DNA of 64,000 nucleotides from Bdellovibrionales bacterium (GTDB lineage Bacteria; Bdellovibrionota; Bdellovibrionia; Bdellovibrionales; UBA1609): NCBI GenBank assembly GCA_965205645.1, contig OZ242172.1, positions 704,122 to 768,121 of the forward strand, read 5' to 3'. Shown piece by piece: positions 57,445 to 64,000 of this stretch (position 1 is its first letter; each line of letters starts with the position of its first letter). The notes under the pieces were generated by a model. It saw only the letters and a program-made list of their open reading frames with translations, ran no database searches and was not told where the DNA came from. The position numbers and the translations under genes were made by a program.

Positions 57445-58041
57445 ATGATTATTAATTTATCAGGTGAGGACATTAATGAGAAAAAACTAACTTGGTGGTT
57501 AGAGCAGGTGATGTTGGAGTTAGAAAAGAGGAATATTCAGCCAAAGTTTATGTCTAAGGATCTAAAGAGGGCGGTTAATAGATGGGACATTAATTTAGTG
57601 TTTGTATTGGAGCAAAAGATGCAGGAGCTTAATCGCACATTTAGAAATCAGGATTGTGTGACGGATATTTTAAGTTTTTCTTTTATAGATAAACATAATT
57701 TGCAAAGTCGTGACAATAACGCAAATGGAGCCGCGGCGAAAGTAACCCCCTTTGGGGGCGCAGTGACTCCCTTGGGGGGCGGCGCAGTGACCCCCTCTGG
57801 GGGAATAGTGAAGTTGCCTTCTATGGAAGTGCCGATTTTAGGGGAGTTGGTATTATGTTTACCGGTGATTCGTCAGAAAGCGATGGATCTAGATTTTTCT
57901 CATTGGCTGCATTATTTAATTGTACATGGTATATTACATTTATTTGGTTTTCAGCATGAGTTATCGGATCAGGAGGGCGAACAGATGTATCGTATTCAGG
58001 ATGAAGTGTTTGAAAAACTAGTTTCTGGTATAGAGGATTAG
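57445..58041 (+). CDS. ybeY: rRNA maturation endoribonuclease YbeY with a ~38-aa in-frame repeat insertion
   Basis: HGILHLFGFQHE zinc motif, TDILSFSF and GELVLC. The segment between them is repeat-encoded. Confidence 0.9.
   Translation: MIINLSGEDINEKKLTWWLEQVMLELEKRNIQPKFMSKDLKRAVNRWDINLVFVLEQKMQELNRTFRNQDCVTDILSFSFIDKHNLQSRDNNANGAAAKVTPFGGAVTPLGGGAVTPSGGIVKLPSMEVPILGELVLCLPVIRQKAMDLDFSHWLHYLIVHGILHLFGFQHELSDQEGEQMYRIQDEVFEKLVSGIED
57688..57803 (+). repeat. Forward repeat unit with three consecutive C5/G5 hairpin modules, in-frame in ybeY
   Basis: GATAAACATAATTTGCAAAGTCGTGACAATAACGCAAATGGAGCCGCGGCGAAAGTAACCCCCTTTGGGGGCGCAGTGACTCCCTTGGGGGGCGGCGCAGTGACCCCCTCTGGGGG. Confidence 0.92.
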
Positions 58042-58043
58042 GA

Positions 58044-59178
58044 ATGAATATTGAGATAGTTATTCATGAGTTGAGGCAACAATTGGATCATGGGCACGAG
58101 AAGCTGACGGATCTATGGAGGTGTCTTTGATCTGGATCAGAAACAAAAGCGTCTAAAAGAGTTAGAGCAAAAGAGTCAAGATCCATCGCTTTGGCAAGAT
58201 CATAAAAAGTGGCAAGTGATAGCTAGGGAAAAATCTGTCATTGAAAAAAATTTGCAAGAGTGGGGGGATTTAGATCGTTGTTTGAAAGATCATCAATCGT
58301 TACTGGAAATGTTGGAGAAAGAGCAGGACGAGAATACTTTTTTAGAACTTAAGAAAGATCAAGATGATTGGTTTATTCGTATAACGAATTTGGAATTAAG
58401 AAGTTTTTTAAGTGGACGTGATGATCGTAGTAATTGTTATGTATCTATTCATGCGGGTGCTGGTGGTATGGAGGCGACAGATTGGGCGGGGATTTTGCAA
58501 CGTATGTATTTTAAATGGGCGGAGCAGAAGCAATTTTCTATTGAATTATTATCTATGACTGAAGCAGAGGGGGGTGGTGTACGTTCCGTTCAGTTTTTAT
58601 TAAAGGGGATGTTTGCTTATGGATATTTACGGGCTGAGGCGGGGGTACATCGTTTAGTAAGAATTAGCCCGTTTGATGCAAATAGTCGTCGTCATACTAG
58701 TTTTGCTAGTGTATTTGTTTGGCCGGAATTAAATGAAGAGATTCAAGTAAATATTCGGGAAGAGGATTTAAGGGTGGATACTTATCGGGCAAGTGGTGCG
58801 GGTGGACAACATGTGAATAAGACAGACAGTGCGGTTCGTATTACTTATTTGCCGGAGAATATTGTAGTGCAATGTCAAAGTCAGAGAAGTCAGCATGCGA
58901 ATCGTCAGCAGGCAATGAAAATGCTTCAATCGATACTTTACAAGATAGAGGAGGAAAAAATACAGAGTAAGAAAAAATCTTTAGAATCTGTTAAAAAGGC
59001 AAATGAGTGGGGCAGTCAGATTCGTTCTTATGTTTTACATCCTTATCAAATGGTGAAAGATCATCGTACGCAGGTAGAAACAGGAGATCCAACTGCGGTA
59101 TTGAATGGCCGATTGGATCTGTTTATTTCTGCTTGGTTAAAAGCTGAAGCACGTGAGAAGCAGGTAAAGCATGAATAA
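58044..59178 (+). CDS. prfB: Peptide chain release factor 2, requiring a programmed +1 frameshift
   Basis: ORF0 runs from ATG 58044 to CTT TGA (58125..58130). The +1 frame from 58129 reads DLDQKQKRLKELEQKSQDPSLWQD... and is continuous with the listed ORF 58216..59178. SPF and GGQ motifs are present. Confidence 0.93.
58117..58131 (+). promoter_or_regulatory. prfB +1 frameshift site with an internal SD-like element
   Basis: GGAGG TGT CTT TGA T compares with the classical AGGGGG TAT CTT TGA C. Confidence 0.85.
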
Positions 59179-60433
59179 AATGTCTATTGGTTCGAGGTTT
59201 AGTTATTATTTTTTATGGCTAAAGCGATTTTTTTTTTCACGTCATCGATTTATTCGTTTTACTCCTTTGGTTAGTATTTTTAGTTTAATTTTAGCTTCAG
59301 CCAGTTTGGCACTCGCTTTATCTGTGTACAGTGGTTACGAGACCACATTGAGGCAGGCAATTGTAGATATTGCGGGAGACATGATGATTACTTATCTGCC
59401 GGCGACAACGTTATCCCGTTCAATCAAGGAAGATGAGTTATTGAATAAAATTGATTGGATGAAGGAGCATATTGTTTCTTATATGCCCTTTTTATCTATG
59501 AAAGCTTTGGTTGTGTATCAGGGACAGTTATCGGGAGCTTTATTAGAGGGTTTACCATCGGGAGACAAGTTACAGGCTTTAAAGCTGCAAAATCGTTTAG
59601 TGGCTGGTTCTTTACAATTAAAGGATTCTTCTGCTGCGGTGATTGGTCGAGGCCTTGCTAAGAAATGGCAATTAAAAATAGGGGATCGTTTTCATTTGGT
59701 AGTTCCGAAGGTAGAAGGTTCTGGTCGTCCTCGTTCATTGATTCGGGATTTATATGTAGAGGGAATATTGGATTTAGGTTTTTATGAATTTAATTCACGT
59801 TTAGTGGTGGTTAACATTCAAACAGTGCAGGATTTAGTTGGTTATCCAGGTGGTGTTTCTGGTGTACGTTTATTAGTGGATCAACCGGATCAAACAGGTA
59901 TTTTCCGGCGAGAATTAATGCAACAGTTAGGATCTTCTTATCGGGTAGATGATTGGAAGTACGTTATTAAAGGTGTGCATGAAAGTTATTTACAGGCTAT
60001 TCGCCGAGAGAAGCTTTTAATTTTTTTTATTTTAATGGTGTTGATCATAGCTGGGGCTTTTAATGTATCGTCTCATTTATCTATTTCTGTATTAAATCAA
60101 GTACGTGACATCAGTATTTTAAAAGTAATGGGAGCGAGTCGGAGGTTGATTTTCTTTTTATTTTTATTGCAGGGCTTTTTAATTAGTTTTATTGGCACTG
60201 TGATGGGAATTAGTTTAGGGTGGTTGTTGGCAAAAGTATTTGTATGGATTCAGTTTATTTGGCCGCTAATTCCATCGGATGTTTATAAAGTGAATGTGAT
60301 TATTACAGATGTGAGATTATGGGATATGTGTTTAATTTTGCTATGTTCTCAGTTCATTTGTTTATTGGCTTGTATGTTACCTGCATATCGGGCGATGAAG
60401 TTATCTATTCGGGAGGGGCTTGTGTGTGAGTGA
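59171..60433 (+). CDS. lolC: Lipoprotein-releasing system permease (LolC/E, FtsX family)
   Basis: 4-TM MacB/FtsX architecture, ILKVMGAS motif, adjacent to lolD. Confidence 0.8.
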   Translation: MNKMSIGSRFSYYFLWLKRFFFSRHRFIRFTPLVSIFSLILASASLALALSVYSGYETTLRQAIVDIAGDMMITYLPATTLSRSIKEDELLNKIDWMKEHIVSYMPFLSMKALVVYQGQLSGALLEGLPSGDKLQALKLQNRLVAGSLQLKDSSAAVIGRGLAKKWQLKIGDRFHLVVPKVEGSGRPRSLIRDLYVEGILDLGFYEFNSRLVVVNIQTVQDLVGYPGGVSGVRLLVDQPDQTGIFRRELMQQLGSSYRVDDWKYVIKGVHESYLQAIRREKLLIFFILMVLIIAGAFNVSSHLSISVLNQVRDISILKVMGASRRLIFFLFLLQGFLISFIGTVMGISLGWLLAKVFVWIQFIWPLIPSDVYKVNVIITDVRLWDMCLILLCSQFICLLACMLPAYRAMKLSIREGLVCE

Positions 60434-61163
60434 TTCAGTTATTTTGCGTATCGAATCTATCAGTAAATCTTTTTCTAAAAGTGCTACATCTTCTCTGGTA
60501 AATGGAGAACATTCTAGTGCAGCTAATGGCAATAGTTCTGATCGGGTGGATGTTTTAAAGAACATTAGTTTGGTTGTGCACTCAGGTGAGGCAATATGCA
60601 TTACTGGTGGAAGTGGTGTGGGGAAGAGTACTTTTTTGCATATTATTGGTACTTTGGATCGGCCAAGTACTGGTCGGGTTTTCTATTTTGGGAGAGATTT
60701 AAACAAAGCGAGTGATACAGAGCGTGCGGAATTTAGAAGTCAGAAAATGGGTTTTATTTTTCAATTTCATTATTTGTTAAGGGAATTTAATGCACTAGAA
60801 AATATTATGTTAGCGGGGCAAGCGGCTCAGCGGCCTTTTAAAGAAGTAAAAAAGCGAGCAGAGTATTTAATGGAGCTATTAGGGTTACAAGATCGTCAAA
60901 AGCATTTTCCATCTGAGTTAAGTGGTGGAGAACAACAGCGAGTGGCTATTGCACGTGCTTTGGTGAACGAGCCGGAGATTGTATTAGCAGATGAGCCAAC
61001 GGGCAATTTAGATACGCGTCATTCGGCGCAAATATTGGATATTTTTTTTGAACTAAGAGCGCGGTTAAATATTACACTAATTTCAGCTAGTCATGATCCC
61101 TTGTTTGCGCGTTCTTTTCCAAAATCGCTTAGCATGAAAGATGGTTGTTTTGAAACTCCTTAA
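60420..61163 (+). CDS. lolD: Lipoprotein-releasing system ATP-binding protein
   Basis: [35 protein letters not shown]. About 20 extra Ser/Asn-rich residues precede the first beta-strand/Walker A region. Confidence 0.85.
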   Translation: MCVSDSVILRIESISKSFSKSATSSLVNGEHSSAANGNSSDRVDVLKNISLVVHSGEAICITGGSGVGKSTFLHIIGTLDRPSTGRVFYFGRDLNKASDTERAEFRSQKMGFIFQFHYLLREFNALENIMLAGQAAQRPFKEVKKRAEYLMELLGLQDRQKHFPSELSGGEQQRVAIARALVNEPEIVLADEPTGNLDTRHSAQILDIFFELRARLNITLISASHDPLFARSFPKSLSMKDGCFETP

Positions 61164-61168
61164 TTGTT

Positions 61169-63706
61169 ATGGTGAGCCTTTCTATTTTTGCAAGAGGTTT
61201 ATCTCACAATAACTTAATAGGTATTTTTATGCGATTACGTTGGCAGTGTTTTTTATGGATAATAGTATGTGTGCAAGTGTGGAGCATTGGATTTGCGTCT
61301 GCTGCGACTCGTTCACGTGTGTATAAAGTCATCATTCAGGGGAATGCAATTGTGGAAGCAGCAGCTGTGCGAGCTGTACTATCTGTGAAGAAGGGGCATT
61401 ATTACAGTTTAAAGAAAGTTAAAAAAGATGTGCAGAACATTTTTATGACTGGTTGGTTTTATGATGTAGAAGTGCGTAAAAGGTATCGAAAAAAAAATTC
61501 TATTATATTAACTTATGTTGTAAAGGAAAAACCGATTGTTGAGAAAATTATTTATAAGGGGCAGAAAAATTTTAGCACCAAAAAATTGGATGAAATTTTT
61601 AATTTTTCTTCTTATGAGTTTTTAAATCACAAAAGAATTCGAAAAGCGATTAAAGATCTTTATTTGGAGTATGAGAAAAAAGGTTATTATTTAGCAAAGA
61701 TCTATCATTCTATTCAGAAGACGAAGCATCCAGGAAAAGTAAATCTAGTCATTAACATCAAGGAGAACAAGAAAGTTACGATCAATGAAATTCATTTTAT
61801 AGGTAATCGGTTTATTTCTGCTAGAGAAATTAAGCAATTTATGGGAACGAAGGAAGCGGGTTTATTAAGTTTTCTTTCTTCATCTGGTTCTTACAGTCAG
61901 GAAATCTTAGAAAAGGATTTAAATAATATTCGGTATATTTACTTGGACAGAGGGTATTGGAAAGCGCATGTGGATCGTCCTGACATTGTTATTTCACCGG
62001 ATCGTAGACATATTGCCATTACGATTAGAATTCATGAGGGAAGTCAGTATAAAGCGGGGACGATTCATTTTGCAGGAGATTTAATATTTAGTAAGAGTGA
62101 ATTAAAGGAGGATCTAGAAACAAGTGAATCGGACGTTTTTTCTTATGGAAAGCTACAAAGAGATATTCAACGTATTCAGAGGAAGTATGGGGATAAGGGG
62201 TATGCGTTTGTCAATGTGATGCCGAAGTTTTTTATTCCTCCTGGGGAGGATAGAACGGTTCATGTTTTGTTTGAAATTCAAAAAGGAAAAGAAGTAAAGA
62301 TCCGGAAGATTGCTATTTTCGGGAATCATTATACGAGGGACAAGGTGATACGTCGGGAAGTGCGTATTTTTGAAGGGGAATTGTATAATGAGACGAACAA
62401 AGAGTTATCGGTGGCAAATATTCGTCGGCTGGGTTTTTTTGATGAAGTGCAAATGTTGCCTAAGACGATTAAAAGCCGGGATGATTTAGCGGATATGGAA
62501 ATTACGATTAAAGAGAGAGAGAGCACAGGTTCTTTGGATTTCGGTGCCGCGTATGGTGGCCAGTATTATGGTTTATCATTTACCGGAAAACTCCAAAAGT
62601 TTAATGTATTTGGTACTGGTCGCAATATAGGGATGGACATGAATTTAAATTTTGTTCGTCAACTAGTTAATTTAAATTTTTCTAACCCTTATTTTTTAGA
62701 TTCCAGGTGGTATTTAGGTGGGGATTTTTATTTGGACATGTGGAATGATAGTAAGCGGACAAAAAATATTTTTCAAGGTTGCGATCAATATGAAGAAGCA
62801 AAGTTAAAAGCTACTTCTGCAGGTAAAGTAGCGTCCACTAAGGATCATTTATTGCGGTTACAGACAAAATGTTGGCAGAATTTACCAGGTAATTTACAGC
62901 GGGGTTTTTCTGAGCAAAAGATCAGTGGTGGAATTACTTTTGGTCGTTCGGTAACAGATACTTTGAAGTTATTATTATATTATCGTTTAGAGAAAATGAC
63001 TTTAACGAATTCCATAGATGAAGAATTATTTCCAGTAAAGCAAGTGAGTGGTGTGCGAAACCCAACAGAGGCGATTATAGAGTATGATGGACGTGATGAT
63101 CGTTTATTTCCAACTGGAGGTTTTTATTCTCGTGGATCTTTAATGCATGATGGTTTGTTTGGTAAATTTAATTACTTAACCGTGGCGGCTAATGTACGTG
63201 CTTACAAAAAACTGATATGGAATGTAGTGTTTCGTACGAATGTTCAATATAGCCGGCATATTGGGTTAGGCGGGGGTGGATTGGATGTACCTTTTGATCG
63301 TTTATTTCGTTTGGGTGGCATTAATAGCTTAAGAGGATTTGAGTTTTTTTCTATTGGTCCAAGAAGACATTCAAAAATATTATTTCAGAAAGCAACTCAG
63401 TATGGTCATCCGAATCCAAATGCCATAGCGGATCGTGTCTATGGAGGACATCAGCAATTATATGTGAATTGGGAATTGCAGGTACCGATATTTCCTTCCG
63501 CACGTGCGTATGGTGTGTTGTTTGTGGACATGGGTGCTGCGTATGATGAAATGTTTTCTATGGAGTGGAGAAGTAACTGGGGGGCAGGCTTAAGGGTATT
63601 TACTCCTCTTGGTCCTGTTCGTTTAGAAATGGGTTTTCCGTTCTTTCCTCAGTTAGACAGGGGAGAGAGAGCGCAGTTTAATTTCACGATGGGTTTTCCT
63701 TTTTAA
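61169..63706 (+). CDS. bamA: Outer membrane protein assembly factor BamA
   Basis: POTRA repeats, and a C-terminal barrel ending ...FNFTMGFPF. The likely true start is MRLRWQCF... at 61229 (signal peptide). Confidence 0.9.
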   Translation: MVSLSIFARGLSHNNLIGIFMRLRWQCFLWIIVCVQVWSIGFASAATRSRVYKVIIQGNAIVEAAAVRAVLSVKKGHYYSLKKVKKDVQNIFMTGWFYDVEVRKRYRKKNSIILTYVVKEKPIVEKIIYKGQKNFSTKKLDEIFNFSSYEFLNHKRIRKAIKDLYLEYEKKGYYLAKIYHSIQKTKHPGKVNLVINIKENKKVTINEIHFIGNRFISAREIKQFMGTKEAGLLSFLSSSGSYSQEILEKDLNNIRYIYLDRGYWKAHVDRPDIVISPDRRHIAITIRIHEGSQYKAGTIHFAGDLIFSKSELKEDLETSESDVFSYGKLQRDIQRIQRKYGDKGYAFVNVMPKFFIPPGEDRTVHVLFEIQKGKEVKIRKIAIFGNHYTRDKVIRREVRIFEGELYNETNKELSVANIRRLGFFDEVQMLPKTIKSRDDLADMEITIKERESTGSLDFGAAYGGQYYGLSFTGKLQKFNVFGTGRNIGMDMNLNFVRQLVNLNFSNPYFLDSRWYLGGDFYLDMWNDSKRTKNIFQGCDQYEEAKLKATSAGKVASTKDHLLRLQTKCWQNLPGNLQRGFSEQKISGGITFGRSVTDTLKLLLYYRLEKMTLTNSIDEELFPVKQVSGVRNPTEAIIEYDGRDDRLFPTGGFYSRGSLMHDGLFGKFNYLTVAANVRAYKKLIWNVVFRTNVQYSRHIGLGGGGLDVPFDRLFRLGGINSLRGFEFFSIGPRRHSKILFQKATQYGHPNPNAIADRVYGGHQQLYVNWELQVPIFPSARAYGVLFVDMGAAYDEMFSMEWRSNWGAGLRVFTPLGPVRLEMGFPFFPQLDRGERAQFNFTMGFPF

Positions 63707-63782
63707 TTGGGACAGAATCTGTTTTGGTTTTCTAGGTTGATTTAAGAAATTTTTTCTTAGGTAAGAATATTATAATTTATTT

Positions 63783-64000
63783 CTATTTTTTTTGTTTAGC
63801 TGAAGGTTGTTTTTGTTGATTCTCTTTTTCTTTTTCTATTTCTTTTTTTAATTTTTTCATAACTTCTTTTGCACTGACAAGGGCATAAACTTCATTACCT
63901 CCTTTAATTTTGAAGTGTGGGGGAATGGATTTTCTAGACACTTTAACTTTTTTTCCTTTTTGAGAAAGCGTGACGGTATTTTTATCATAAGAAACGATAG
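63783..64000 (-). CDS. 3' part of a third family-A small secreted Lys-tailed protein (5' end off-window)
   Basis: My own translation of the minus strand gives IVSYDKNTVTLSQKGKKVKVSRKSIPPHFKIKGGNEVYALVSAKEVMKKLKKEIEKEKENQQKQPSAKQKK*. It parallels FIVKYNKDTVQLQQRGNRTITVPRSAIPKDFPLKTGREVTVVISGKEFMKRINQKQ. It is not in the ORF track because it lies at the window edge. Confidence 0.55.
   Translation of the reverse strand, partial: IVSYDKNTVTLSQKGKKVKVSRKSIPPHFKIKGGNEVYALVSAKEVMKKLKKEIEKEKENQQKQPSAKQKK

Overview
This is an AT-rich chromosomal segment, roughly one-third GC by eye, from a Gram-negative bacterium. BamA, LolCDE, MurJ and MltD are all present. TGA is a stop codon, and prfB keeps its classical +1 frameshift. 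The lineage cannot be fixed from this window. A REC-DUF4388-like-J-domain protein, a GldA/F/G-like ABC operon with a DUF4340-like gene and an AgmX/PglI-like small protein hint weakly at a Bdellovibrionota/Myxococcota-type organism.

Housekeeping genes:
- ggt, rplS, trmD, an AGCS symporter, secG, bioB, argS
- mreC-mreD-mrdA-rodA, a mltD-ABC operon, holA, rpsT, murJ, ybeY
- prfB, lolC/E, lolD, bamA
- a 23S-5S rRNA pair with no 16S and no spacer tRNAs upstream

Four things stand out.

1. A modular, GC-rich, hairpin-bearing miniature repeat family.
- The head is about AAACATAATTTGCAAAGTCGTGACATG. It is followed by a CGCGGCG-containing middle, then one to three 5-6 bp GC stem-loops.
- It is inserted in-frame in ggt at three sites and in ybeY.
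- It forms the apparent N-termini of argS and murJ.
- It fills the rpsT-murJ-ybeY spacers.
- It forms a 6 x 86-bp tandem array between secG and bioB.

2. Two tandem islets without an integrase at the 3' end of ggt.
- They are bounded by three direct copies of the last ~44 nt of ggt.
- They carry an AbiEi-like gene, an ABC-type ATPase with a small Toprim-like partner and a third unknown gene (split-OLD/PARIS-like), and a DUF4143-type ATPase.
- The displaced ggt remnant lacks the repeat and so looks like the pre-insertion state.

3. The trmD-rplS junction is interrupted by four paralogous secreted-protein cassettes that share a conserved leader.

4. A secretome-type accessory block at 29-38 kb.
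- It contains a vWA-like lipoprotein pair, an HNH nuclease and a eukaryote-like LRR protein.
- It also contains a duplicated two-gene cassette in which 300 bp are near-identical while the neighbouring gene has diverged.

All functional calls rest on motifs read by eye. No database searches were run.
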